In this document: positions 10,780 to 23,600 of the stretch, piece by piece
Numbering within the stretch: position 1 is the first letter of the stretch
Layout of the letters: the number at the start of each line of letters is the position of its first letter
NCBI GenBank assembly: GCA_043228905.1
Contig: JBHGNT010000014.1
Location: forward strand, 4,402,001 to 4,466,000
Origin: Azolla caroliniana
Lineage: Eukaryota; Plantae; Polypodiophyta
Direction of reading: 5' to 3'
Length of the DNA stretch: 64,000 bases
Program-made: the position numbers and the translations under genes
Notes under the pieces: model-generated
Seen by the model: only the letters and a program-made list of their open reading frames with translations
What the model was told of the DNA's origin: nothing
The model's database searches: none

Positions 10780-13700
10780 TGGTCATTTACGAATAGTGAT
10801 GCGCCATGTAGTCATTGTATCCATACCATTTTATGGGGATCTTTTGGCGGGTTGACTGGCGCAATTTTTCGGCAGCCGGTTTGAGGCCCTTCTTGGCCGG
10901 TTTAGACTTCGTTTCTAAAGTTCCGCCTTCATCCTTTCCGGAGTCAGATTCACTCCGATCTAACCTTTCACTGCCAGTAACGTATGCTGGCATCTTCTTC
11001 TTTCCCTTCTCTTTGTACATGAACCGTCTCCTCAATTCCTTGCACGGGAAGAGCATGACAGAGTCTCCCCAACTCGCCGGTTCTTCATCCGACTGGTCAT
11101 TCCGACTAAGTCCATCGTTTGGCTCGCTCAGCCAAAATGAGATTGGACTCTCTTCTATAGTACATAATTCCTCATCTTCTTCGTGAACCTCTCTAGGTTC
11201 ACTAGCCTCATCCTCTAGAATTGGGTCTTTGTCGGGAGTTGGAGTCGGTAGAGAATATCATGATGCCGACTCATCAAACTCGACATCTTGACTTACTCGA
11301 ACTTGTTTAGTCTGGGAGTTATAACACTTATACCCCTTCTGTTCATGTGAGTTAGTCGACGAGTAGGCACTTCTCCGACTTCGGATCCAACTTCCTCTGC
11401 TTCTCATCCGGTATATGCACATATGCTATGCTATCGAATATCCGAAGGTGTCTCAAATTCGGCTTCCACCCGAAATACAACTCATGTGTTGTTACCTTAT
11501 CTCTGATCCAGATTTGGATCTAGACGGCTACCCAGACTACCTCAACCTAGTAGAACCATGGCATATTTTTCTCCTCCAACATTGCCCTTGCAGCGTCGAC
11601 AATCAATCGATTCTTTCTCTTAGCCACACCGTTTTGTTCCGGTGTGTATCGGCAGCTGAATTCTCTCCGAATTCCTTTTTGCTACAAATAACTTTTGAAT
11701 TGGCCGGAAAAGTATTCCTCTCCGCCATCTGACCGTAGGCACTTGATTTTTCTTTCTCTTTTCCTCTCGAGTAGGCTTTGTAGATTCCGAAAATAGTCGA
11801 AGACTTAACTTTTCCTCTCAAAGAGGTAGATCCATGTGTGCCGACTGTAGTCGTCGATGAAGGAGACAAAATACCAACTCCCGCCAAGACTAATGTTCTC
11901 TGATGGTCCCCATACATCCGAATGGATTAAGTTGAGCTTGTTATGGCTCCAGTTTGGTTCGGTGGGGAATGGAAGCCGGTGTTGTTTCCCTAGTTCGCAT
12001 GGTTCACATATTTGGGCCTTTTGGCCTCTGAATTTCGTCAATCCGAGAACAACTTGTTTCGAATGTAGGTCTTGAAACCTCTGGTAGTTGATGTGGCCAA
12101 TCCACTTGTGCCAAAGATCGATGTTCGATTCAGTCTTCTGTCCTTTGGCAAACAAGGCGGTGCCAACGTTGTTGGTGTCAAGGATGAACATCCTCCCATC
12201 TCTGTGCCCTTGCACAATTATCCGGCCTTCTTCCTCGATGAAGCACTCGAGGTGCGTAAACCGCACCTGCATTCCCTGGTCGACGATTTATCCGACTGAC
12301 ACTAGGTTCTTTGTGATTGTCGGAACATGTAGTACGTTCATCAACATTCCCTTTTGTCCAACATGGCTTACGGGGACTTCTCCGACATGCACAATCGGGT
12401 GACGGGTGTCGTCTTCGGTTTTGATGATTCCCGGTTGTTCCGGTTTCTCTAAAAACGAGAACCACTCTTCATGGCTCATCATATGGTTTGAGGCTCTGGA
12501 ATCAACATACCATACTTCCGCTGCTTTGGAAGTAGTCTTCTTCATCGAGTTAGCCTTGTGCTTCATCACAAAGGTTGGCCCCTTTCCAGTTTTCCCGGTT
12601 CCGGATCCTTCCAATCCTTCTACATAGTTCAAGCTTTGCCAGTTTCCCTGTCCGGCCTTGCTAGATCCGGATTTGTCTGAATCGGCGCACTTCTTCCAGC
12701 ACTCGCTTTCTCTGTGGCCTTCCTTGCCACAATACCGGCATTCCATGTCGGCCTTCCCTTGTCGGTTTTCGGCGCCATTTTGACTCCCCCTCCTCGTGAA
12801 GGATCCAGAACTGCTGTTGACATTGTCTCGGTGCCTTTGATTCTGCTCTTGCTGGATGTCTCCATTACGTGCCGACCCACCTCGTCCTCCACGCCCACGG
12901 GGCCGGTTCGCCTTCGTGTACAACATCCGGTTGTCTGGTTGAGTGATCCTCAACCCACTCGCGTTGTTTTCTTCGACCATCAACATCGATAGCAGGTCGA
13001 AGAAGGACAGTGGCTTCTCCCGGGTGCATATCACCGTCCGGATTGGCCCGTACCGTTGTGCTAGACCACCAAGGTAGATTTGTACTATTTCGTCTTCGTC
13101 CACCGTCACATTGATGGACCCGAGCGCATCACAAATCTCCTTTATTTTGATGGTGTACTCCATAACCGACATATCTCTATGCCGGATGTTGTTTAGCTCT
13201 TGCCAGAGCTGCAACTTACAGGCTGTGGTACTTGCAGCGAAAATCTTCAGAAGATTTTCCCAAGCCTCCTTCGGTGTTTTTGCATCCTTGATGTAGCCAA
13301 GCATCTGATCGTGCACACAGGATGCGAGGAAGTACAACACTCTGCTCGCTCCTTGTTCCCATGTCGGGAAGTCCTTGTGCGTTGGCTCCGGCGCTACATT
13401 GTTCGTTCCTTCCACATAGCTCCAGTAACCATGCCCCAGTAGGTACTGGTGCATTTTATATGACCAAGATGCATACTTTCTCCAGTCGAGCTTTTCTATG
13501 GGGAGCGAACTTGCCATACCTCTGTCCATCTTGGTTCTCTTCTATTCTTCATTGGGTGTTACGGTTTGTCTATGAAAGCGTTGGTTGTCTGTAGAGAAGT
13601 CTCAACCCTCGCGCTCTGATACCATGTGAAGGTTAATATGCGGAAGCATATGACAATCCAGCTCAGCCAGATACCAACAGAATGTAGAGAAGAAGGTTTA

Positions 13701-14754
13701 ATGAAGACTTACACAAAGCATACATGGGAGAGACAAAGAGAGAACAGAACATAAACTCAATTAAAAAATAATAATCCTCTATACATAGAATGTGCGCAGA
13801 GAGCACTTTTATATAAGTCCATAAAGAACTGAAAGAAGTACTGACCGGTACTTCAATGCTCATACGGGCGACTGACACTAACTCCCAAAAATATGCCTAC
13901 ATCCTAGGCTAGATCCGTAGGCCTCTAACGGCCTACCGGTTTCAATCCGATCTAGCTCCTAGTTCCGGACACTGATCCGGATTCGGTTGAGCTTGCTCGC
14001 TCAACAAGTCACATGCTGATTGACTTGTAAATATAAATTTAGATTAATTTTGTAATCTAGGTTTATGGGGGAGATAACCCCAAACACTTGTACATGCAGG
14101 AAAGAGTAGTACTTTTACGGGGGAGTTTGTTGGCATAAAAGGCCAACTCCTTCCACTCTGTATCCGAGTGTGAACTCGTCCAAAGAGTTAGGGCTTAGTA
14201 TATAAGCGATAACCTAATGTTGTAAAGGTGCCTCACCTTCTGGATCATTCTTGTACAGTGTCTCTAAGACAGAGAGAGAGAGAACGTTGTCGTGAAGAAT
14301 TTCGGCCAGAGGCGGAAACCGAGAAACATTGGCTACATCGGGGGGGTGCTGCGTGTGTACGCACCCGTGTACATTTAGTGTGAATATCGAGGGTGCCTTT
14401 ATGGCGCCGAAGAGTAGTCAAGTCGGGGACAGACGATCCCATGTAAGTCGGGATTGTCCCACATTGTAATGCATCCCTCTCCTTGTTCTATAAAAGGGAG
14501 GGAACACCCTTTGTAAAAGGGTTGCCCATTTTGGATTAGAGGGTATACCGGTAGGTTTAGGGTTAGGTTTCTTCTGCTTCTTCTTCTTCCCCTTCATGTT
14601 TGTTTAGGGTTGGCTGCAGCTTATCTCCTGTGCCAGACCCCGCTCGGCGCGACGAGCCCGAGAGCTCCCCGACGACGGCTTGACAGCAGATGACTGTTGT
14701 AAACTATCCTGGTCCCGCCTTTCTCCACGCACGCGCGTAACAACGCGACATATT

Positions 14755-14772
14755 TGGTGAACCCGACGTGAA
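14755..14772 (+). promoter_or_regulatory. Primer binding site, tRNA-Trp
   Basis: TGGTGAACCCGACGTGAA is the complement of the plant tRNA-Trp 3' end; an identical site lies at 60084-60101. Confidence 0.85.
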
Positions 14773-14787
14773 AGGCGGCAAGGGAGG

Positions 14788-16219
14788 ATGGAGTCAGAAG
14801 ATGACGACCTTGCAGAGATGGTGGCCGAAGTGGTGTTGGAGTCGGCACGAGTGGTGATGAGGCGAGAAGCAGTGCAACAAGCGGTTGGGCGAGTGGTCGA
14901 AAGAGTCGGCCGTTTCAACGAGGACAAAGTCCCATCTTACTTGGAAGCCTACAACGAGGAAATGGAGGAGCGTGGCGTTGAGGCTGGAGTTTTTCTGCCG
15001 GGTGGTCTTAGCTGTCCGGATGGATGCGGAAGTAATGGAGCTCCGTGAGGCTCGTGGTTCGTGGGAGGCCTTCGAAGAGGCGCTCCTGAAGGCATACGGA
15101 GGATGGCAGAAGAGCCGGGGATGGCACCACTTTGACCAGTGGGTAGCATCGGCAAAGACCCACCGGGGTGCGACGAAGGCGTTTCGGGAATTCGAGCGAT
15201 GACTTGCTCGGCTCCCAGAGCGGGAACAAGGTTTGGTGGGGGCGGACAAAGTCCTTTTGTTCGTCAGGTCGATCGACCGAGCGGAACGGGAAGCCATCGG
15301 GATTGAGCTCGAAGACGATGATGGAGCGAATGGGCTTACGGAGGACTGGTCGAGGGTCAGAAGGGTGTGCCAAAGGCTAGACAATGAGCGAGCCGAGAAG
15401 GCTAAGAGGAAGGTACGCGACGGCGTGCCATCACAGCGGGAAGAGGCCGAACGGCAGGGAGAGTCGGCAAGGGTCGGCGTTGGGGCCAGGATTGCGGAGG
15501 TGTACGCAACGCTCAAAGTGATGCTCGAGGAAGAGGGAGGATCGAGGCCAGAAGTTGAGACCAAGAATACGGACTTGTCCCATGCGACGGCGGAAGATCG
15601 GTACGACGATACCACAGGAGAGGGTGCGGAACGAAACGCCCTCTCGACTTGCGGAGATAGAACGGCCAAGGATGAGGCCGAGATACAGATCGCGGAACTG
15701 GAACGTTGGGACCAGCGGTTTCGGGCGTGTCAGCCCGAGATCCCGTTCATTGGAGAAGCAAGCCCAGACGGGGCTTGCGCGATCGGTAAGAAGACGACCG
15801 CCGACCACGGAGAGCCGGTGGCTACGGACAAGGGCGTAAAACAGACGGGCGATTCCTTGTGTCTTCCCACACTTCCTCCCGAGACGATGGCAGTCGAGCC
15901 CGAGTGCCCACGTGAGTCCCAAGCGGAGGAAGGCGGCGGCAGAGGGCCAAGAATCACCGGCGAGATAGTACGGGGAAGGAGCGGACGAAAGCCCACGGAC
16001 CCGATTCCGGAGAACTCGGCAATTTGGCCCGTATGCCCGTGTAAGACCAAGGAGATGGATGGCGGTACCGAGGAGTCCTGGCACGATGCCAACGAAGACG
16101 GATGGGAAAAGGCCTGCGAGGAGGTCGAGGACGGACACGACACGTGGAGATCGGGATTCCGATACGGGTGGAGCGTGATCCGGTCGTGGGCCGTTCGATC
16201 GAGGCGGGACTCGGCATAA
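14788..16219 (+). pseudogene. Gag-like ORF (frameshift and stop)
   Basis: VGRFNEDKVPSYLEAYNEEM and VLLFVRSID...GLTEDW align with IGRFSGKDATKYLASYGAEM and VLLFVKSVD...GLTTDW of the gag at 60123. Confidence 0.75.
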
Positions 16220-18765
16220 AGGTGCCGATACGGAAGGGGGTGCGGGACGAGCCGCCCTCTTTTACATGGGGAGAAAGACCGACTGGGCGAAGGTCGAAAT
16301 TACTGACGAGAACTGGGTGGAGCGGACTCCCGGATAACCATTCCGGGAGGGAGGAAGAGAGCAGGCCTACGAAGGGGCCGAGGACACGGTATGTCGGTAC
16401 CACGGGAGAGGGTGCGGAGTAAACCGCCCTCTCGGCATGAGGAAAAGGACGACCCGGGACAGGGTCGGGAAGACAAATCGGGGAGGCCTACGGAGGATCC
16501 TTCACACCGGTTCTAGAGACTTCGGCAGTCGGCAACGCGGTCGACGTAAGCCCAAGATACTGACGGTGGCGGCGAGGTGACGAAGGCAAGGGCTACAGAA
16601 GAGCGGTCTACGGAGGATCCTTCACACCAGTTCTAGAGACTTCGGCAGTCGGCAACGCGGTCGACGTAAGACCAAGATACTGATGGTGGCGGCGAGGTGA
16701 CAAAGACAATGGGCATAAGGAAGTCCGGTCCTACGGGATCCCCACACTTAACCAGAGACTCCGGCAGTTCGGCCAACGTGGAGACATGAGACCGAGAGAG
16801 AAGGTTGGTGGCGGCGGGAAACGGGACCCGGCTACGCGGAAGGCACGAGGAGAGTCCGGGAGTGACTCAAACAAAAGACACCCGACTTTCGGCAAGCATA
16901 GAAACGAAGTCCAACCCTATGGGACCCTCACACTGATCCGGAGACTCCGGCAGTTCGGCCAACATGGCAACGTGAGACCGGGGGAGAAGGACGGTGGCGG
17001 CAGGGAACGGAACCCGACGACATGAGGTATCGGAAGGAGCCGATAGGGGTGAACACGGGGAGGTGTGTCAGGCCGGAAAGGCACACCTTGGACAGAACAA
17101 GAGTCTCGCGAGTGGCCATCACGGGCCGGATCGAAGCGTGACTACGGGACAGTGCTTGGCGCGGGCGAGGCCGAACGAAGGAAGCGGAAGACGGCACAAG
17201 GGAGGTGCCGAGAACGAAGGGACAAGTGCCTAGTGGACTGCACAGGGTCGGAACCAGGACGGCAAGAGAGCCCGGAGGAGGATCCTCCACACTCGCTTCG
17301 TAGATCTCGGTAACTCCGTCGAAGTAACAAAGACTGACACGGCAAGCCGGGGTGACAAGCTAGTGGGAGCGAGGGGACGACGGCAAGCAAAAGACCCAGG
17401 ACCTGTTTCAGCAGCACGACGACGGGAAGGGCCAAGCAGGCTATTACGGGGTGTTCCTCGGATGCAAAGGACACCGGTATGCGGGTGAACAGCGATGGAC
17501 GATCAGGCCGGAAAGGGGCCGACGAGGAGTGCAACACGGGTAGTACTGAACAACAAACGAGGGTAGGTGGCACACGGAGGTGCCGGAGCGGAAAGGCGAG
17601 CGCGGAGAAGGCCGAAAAGGGATCTTCCACACCGTTCCGGAGACCATAGCGGTTCGAGCCGACGCGGCGATGTAAGACCATGGAGAAGGAAGGTGGCGGC
17701 GGAAGGACGAAGGCGACGTGAAACACCATCGGGACATCACGATTCGACAACGGAGGCCAAGCAGGCTGCCACGGGCATTCCTCTAGCGGAGGACATCGGG
17801 CATACGGCGGGAAGCGGGGCGTTCATACGGCCGAACAAGGGCCAACGGAAGAACGCGTGCTACGGAGATCGCGGTAGAGGACCCATCGACGGGTCGAACG
17901 AGCCTACGGGGAGGCGAGCGCGAAGGAAGACTCGAAGCCGCCGGATCAAACCGGCAGCGAGCCGAGATGCGGATCACGGGAGACCGGTTTCTCACCGGCC
18001 GAAATCTCTCACCCTTCAACCAGATTGACACGTACCGGTGGACGTGCAGTTAGGTGGGGGCGGATGTCGTGAAGAATTTCGGCCAGAGGCGAAAACCAGG
18101 AAACATTGGCTACATCGGCGGGGTGTTGCGTGTGTACACACCCGTGTACATTTAGTGTGAATATCGAGGGCGCCTTTATGGCGCCGAAGAGTAGTCAAGT
18201 CGGGGACAGACGATCCCATGTAAGTCGGGATTGTCCCACATTGTAACGCATCCCTCTCCTTGTTCTATAAAAGGGAGGGAACGCCCTTTGTAAAAGGGTT
18301 GCCCATTTTGGATTAGAGGGTATACCGGTAGGTTTAGGGTTAGGTTTCTTCTGCTTCTTCTTCTTCCCCTTCGTGTTTGTTTAGGGTTGGCTGCAGCTTA
18401 TCTCCTGTGCAAGACCCCGCTCGGCGCAACGAGCCCGAGAGCTCCCCGACGGCGGCTTGACAGCAGACGACTGTTGTAAACTATCCTGGTCCCGCCTTTC
18501 TCCACGCACGCGCGTAACAACGCGACAACGTAATAACAAAGCTTCCATTAAAGCTGAAACCGCATATATCTTTTGTTTATTCTCCTGTCTTCCTTCTGTG
18601 TTGTTTGCTGAGCACATACGATTGATCCTCACACATACGTTTCCGCACATATTCGATCTTCACATCATTCCACATAACTCCTTCAAGAGAGTGGTTCTCA
18701 TCTTACACAACCAATGACTATGGCCTTGTGAAGATGGGAGATAATTGAGAATGTAGGATACATGG

Positions 18766-19777
18766 TGTCGTGAAGTGTTAACTTCACGACACGATGTCCA
18801 AAAAACTGTAAAAGGCCAAATAGGTCTTCGTCAACTAGAGTCTCTACCATGAGGAAGCCAAAGCACTTGACAAATCACAAAGTGGAAGTCGGATTGGAAA
18901 GATATAGTCCTACGAAGATGCGAGGCTAATCTGCAAATAACGATGAGAATTGATCCTACAATTGTGGATCTAGTGATTTCTTGTGTAGAGGAGGTGATGA
19001 GGATCGCGTAGGGTTTTACAGTTTGTCAATCAAAGTCTGGAGCCAAAGTTACGCCTCGAACAAGTTTGCAATTTTGCAAAAGTGTAAAAAAAAATGAAAA
19101 AAAAAACGTGAAATTGCTAACCACCCTTTTGAAGGGCAGTTTGAAAGAAGGTGGGGGGCCTTCCCCCACCTATAAAAGGTCCCTCCCCCCATAAGGGAGG
19201 GGCATCGAGGAGTCCGATCCCCTCCCCTCCAAAGAGAAGGAGCCGGTGAGTGGAGGAGATCCAGCATCAAGGAGCCCATCGCCTCCCCCTGTAGAGTAGT
19301 AGAAGGCGAACGGAGGAGGTCACGGCGGATGAAGGAGATCGCGAAGGAGTGAAAGAGGTCGTAAATGGGACTCGACCACCCAACGAAGAGGTCGTAGAAG
19401 GGACTCGGCCACCCGAAAAGAGGTCGTAGACGGGACTCGGCCACCCGAAAAGAGGTCGTAGATGGGACACGGCCACCCGACAAAGAGGTCGTAGATGAGA
19501 CTCGGCCACCTGAGAAGAGGTTGTAGATGGGACTCGGCCACCCGATGAAGAGGTTGTAGACGGGACTCGGCCACCTGATAAAGTGGTTGTAGATGGGATT
19601 CAACCACCTCATAAAGCATAATATAGTACCAAGTTCTCCATTCCCATTCCATTGCTTTGCATCCCAAATCTCCCTGAGTCACAGAACCCCACTGGTTGCA
19701 ACACACGACTCTGCACTTTTATGACAAATTTGGTGAATCTAACGTGAAAGCGTGGGTGAACTAAAAGTTTCACGACA
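18766..19777. mobile_element. Solo LTR of Phygy-like Gypsy
   Basis: TGTCGTGAA...TTCACGACA termini, 4-bp TSD ATGG, and internal 31-33-bp repeats (GGGACTCGGCCACCCGAAAAGAGGTCGTAGA) at ~19355-19610. Confidence 0.8.
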
Positions 19778-20623
19778 ATGGCATAGGAAGTGTGTGCCTA
19801 ACAACGTCGATTGGTTGTCGGTTGACCCTGAGGGATGTTCGACATGTCTTGATATTAGACTCAATCTGATATCAACTGGAAGATTGGAGGATGAAGGCTA
19901 CATTGGTAGTTTTCGAAATGGCAAATGGAAGTTTTATTGAAGGAACCTCATAGTGGCCTGAGCACAGAAATAGGGCACATTGTATATGATGCAAGACAAG
20001 TTCTGCAAGAATGAAGCGAATGTGGTTGCGGATTCGAGCGGAGAGATATGGCATAAGAATCTTGGCCATATGAGCAAAAAGGGTATGCATATCCTAGCCG
20101 ACCAAAAACTTCTTCCAGAAGTAAAAGGAGTGCACTTGGAGAGATGTGTCGAATGCCTAGTCGAAAAGCAAAACAATGCAACATTCCATGCAAGACCACC
20201 AAGGAGGAGAGAACGTGCACTAGAATTGGTCCACATGGATGTATGCTATGTGGATGTTGCATCACATCATGGTGGACAGTACTTTGTGACATTAATCAAT
20301 GACTACAGTAGAATGTTGTGGGCTTTTGCGCTAAAGATCAGGTGTTGTTGGTTTTCAAAGAATTTCAGGCCAGAGCTAAAAGAGAGTTTGGTCGGAAGCT
20401 AAAGGCTGTCTGAATCGACAATGGTGGCGAGTACAAAGGATAGTTCGAGGAGTACTACAAGGCCCAGGGCATAAGATGCGAGTATACAATGCCAAAGACC
20501 CCTGAGTTGAATGGGCTTGCAGGGATGATGAATCGGAAAATCCTGGAAAGAGTGAGAAGCATGTTGTCACATGCAAAGCTACCGAAATCATATTGGGTTG
20601 AGGCGATGTACACGATTGTTTAT

Positions 20624-23600
20624 TGTGAACGTAAGTGTTTGCGGAAGCGTAAAACAGAGAACAACACACAGAGAGAGAGAGAGACAGAGAGACAGAGAGA
20701 GCAGAACACAATTTCAAAATTATATCAAGACTCTGCATTTACACACTGTGCTAAGTAGCACTATTTATACAAGTCCTCTTGGGACTGACAGAAATACCAT
20801 GTACTTCAATGCTCACACGAGCATTTGACACTTACTACGAGACTATAGATACCTACTAGTCTATCCTATTCTAGGCTTCCGATTGGACTACCGGTTACGG
20901 ATTGCACCCGGCCTCCACTGCTTGCCGGTTCGGTTGCTCACCGTCATACCGATCCATTTCGCCCGATCCGTCTCGCTTACCGGCTCCGGCTTATTCAGCC
21001 GATCCGGCTCCGGTTGAGCTTGCCGCTCAACACTCCCCCTCAAGCTCAACCTGAGGTGGGGTCATAGTGTCGACCTCTGTGGCAGTCAGTTCTTTCAACC
21101 GACTTCTCCTGGCGTCACTCCGCCTTGCTCGCGCTCCTCGTCCGGTCCAGTCCCGTTTGCCGCGACCCCTTTGGTTCTGCGCGCCTCGACCCTCTCAGTC
21201 GGTATCTCTGCTCAATAGGCCCATCTCAGCAGTCACGTTGCTGTGACTCCGGCGCTTGCCGATCCGTCGGTTCTCCCACGATGGCATCGACTTCCGCTGT
21301 GTCCGTGTCCCCTTGGCCTTCAGTCGATCCGTCTCATCCGGATCCATCTCTTGATCCGAGTCAGCTGTCTCCGACTCGTTCTAGCTCTTGTCTGAATCGG
21401 TACACTCTGATTCGACTTCCGGCGTCAGGCCTCTCACCACATTGGTCCACTTCCGAGTCTTGGCCTTCTCCATGCTTCCCTCGGCTTCTTCAGCCAGTGA
21501 ACCAAAATCGAATTCTTCATTCGACTCTGTATCATGGTCAATACCGTCGTGATGACCTCCGCATAGCATGCGCTTCTCTTCCTGAGTGCACAACTCTTCT
21601 TCACAGCCGCTTGCTCCGACCTGTTCGGATGTGTCGCCTTCCTTCGTCGACTCGGCTTCCTTCAGCTTCTTGTCTCCTCTTCTTCCGGCTCTCCTCTTAC
21701 CGACGGGTTCAACAGGTTTTTGGCCTTTGCCCATTTCGGTAGAGACTTTGCCCTTGCTTCTCCCCCTCAAGTGCGGCACGTCGAGATGCTGAATACCAAG
21801 CATGTCGGTAAAGTGCTGCAACTTGTCCGATCCGAGCGGCTTGGTAAAGATGTCGGCAACTTGCCGATCCGTATGAACATACCGTAGGTCAACTTCACCG
21901 CTCAGGACCCACTCACGCACGAAGTGGTAGTGCACCTCGATGTGCTTTGTGCGAGCATGGAACACAGGGTTCCTGGCGAGCTGCAGGCTGCTCATGTTAT
22001 CGCAGTAAATCGGAATCGGGGTCGGTACCTCGATCCGCAAGTCTCGCAGCAGTCGCCGAAGCCAGATGGCTTCACAAGTGGCAATGGTAGCGGCCCAATA
22101 CTCAACCTCAGTGCTTGACAAAGCCACTGTGGGCTGCTTCTTGCTGCTCCACGCAACGGCAGCGCTACCTATGGAGAACATGTATCCCGAAGTGGAGCGG
22201 CGATCAGACGCATCGCCGGCCCAGTCAGCATCTGTGTAACCGACAAGCTCTTCGGGTATACCTCGTTGGTATAGTAGTCCCCGGTCCTTAGTGCCGCTGA
22301 CATACCATAATATTCGTTGCGCGCACTGAAGGTGCTCCACGGTCGGCTTTTGCATGAACTGACTTACCATCCCGACCGGATAGCTGATGTCGGGTCAGGT
22401 GATGGTTAAGTAGATCAGGCTTCCAACAACCTGTCGGAACCGTTTCTCATTGCAGGCCAGTCCAGAGTTGGGACGGAGCTTCTGGTTTCGGTCCAGGGGT
22501 GTGGAGACAGGTCGGCAATCCGTCATGCCGAACTTATACAGCATATTCAACACGTAATGTCGTTGTGAGAGCAATATGCCGTCGGGGGTCCGGATCACTT
22601 CGATCCCAAGAAAATAATGAAGGTCCCCCAGGTCCTTCATTTCGAATGCGTCCGACAACTGGGACTTGACACGGTTGATTTCGGGAAGACCGGGTCCGGT
22701 GATGACTAAATCATCCACATACAAGAGTATACATATCGGACCGTCAGAGCCTTGCCGGATGAATAACGAAGAGTCCGACTTAGAGACAACAAACCCCAGC
22801 TTACGCAACCGGTGCGTGATCTTCGCGTTCCAAGCTCGGGGGGCTTGCTTCAAGCCGTAAAGCGACTTCTTCAGTCGGCATACCGCCGACTTGTTCATCT
22901 CCGAGTGAAATCCGAGGGGCTGAGTCATAAAGACTTCTTCTTCAAGCTCTCCTTGAAGGAAGGCGTTCTTCACATCCATCTGGTGAAGATGCCACCCCCT
23001 TGCCGCAGCAACCGCCAGTACCACACGAACCGTCGTCATCTTCGCCACAGGAGCGAAGGTCTCATCGTAGTTGATTCCGTGGGTCTGCGCGTATCCCTTT
23101 GCCACTAACCGGGCTTTGTACCGGTTAACAGAACCGTCGGCGTTGTACTTGACCTTGTACACCCACTTGCATCCGATCGGTTTACAGTGACGGGGAGGAT
23201 CAACTAGGTCCCAAGTTTCATTGGCATCGAGTGCCCGCATTTGTTCGTCCATAGCGGCACGCCAATTTGCATCCTTTGCCGCTTCTGCGTAGCTCTCCGG
23301 CTCGCGCACTTCTGTCACCTTAGTCATGTACGCATAATGATGCGCCATGTATTCATTGTACCCGTACTGCACGATGGGATCCTTCGGACGGGTTGATTGG
23401 CGCAACACACCGTCACCTGATTTGAGGCCCTTCTTGGCCAGTTCGGTCTTCGTTGCTGAAGATCTGCCTTTCTCCTTTCCGGAGTCGGATATGCACCGAT
23501 CCGACTCATCGATGCCGGTTTCGAATTCCGGCATCTTCCTTTTCCCTTTCTCTTTGCGCGTGAACCGTTTCCTCGACTCCTTGCGCAGGGAGAGCACGGC

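Larger units (their letters stand above)
4696..13529 (-). pseudogene. Copia A gag-pol polyprotein remnants
   Basis: Gag with CX2CX4HX4C knuckle (CRYCGKEGHRESEC), protease WYVDSRAS, integrase HSDVWGP/FIDDYS. RT is mostly deleted near 5960, and RNase H carries a ~178-bp tandem duplication (5331-5688). Confidence 0.85.
4291..14006 (-). mobile_element. Copia A, decayed, containing a nested insertion
   Basis: 5' LTR 13625-14006 with tRNA-iMet PBS (TGGTATCAGAGCGC, 13611-13624). Truncated 3' LTR at 4291-4503 with PPT GAGGGGGAG. Domain order gag-PR-INT-RT-RH. Confidence 0.9.
14288..18527 (+). mobile_element. Non-autonomous Trp-primed (Phygy-like) Gypsy element
   Basis: Near-identical LTRs at 14288-14750 and 18065-18527 (TGTCG...CGACA), 4-bp TSD ACGT, Trp PBS and PPT-like AGGTGGGGG. 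Carries a gag-like ORF but no pol. Confidence 0.9.
14128..18707 (+). mobile_element. 3' LTR of host Copia 1, split by a Gypsy insertion
   Basis: PPT ACGGGGGAG precedes TGTTGGC at 14128. TATA box present. Ends ...CTTACA near 18707, where a different Copia protease region begins. The right end is approximate. Confidence 0.6.
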
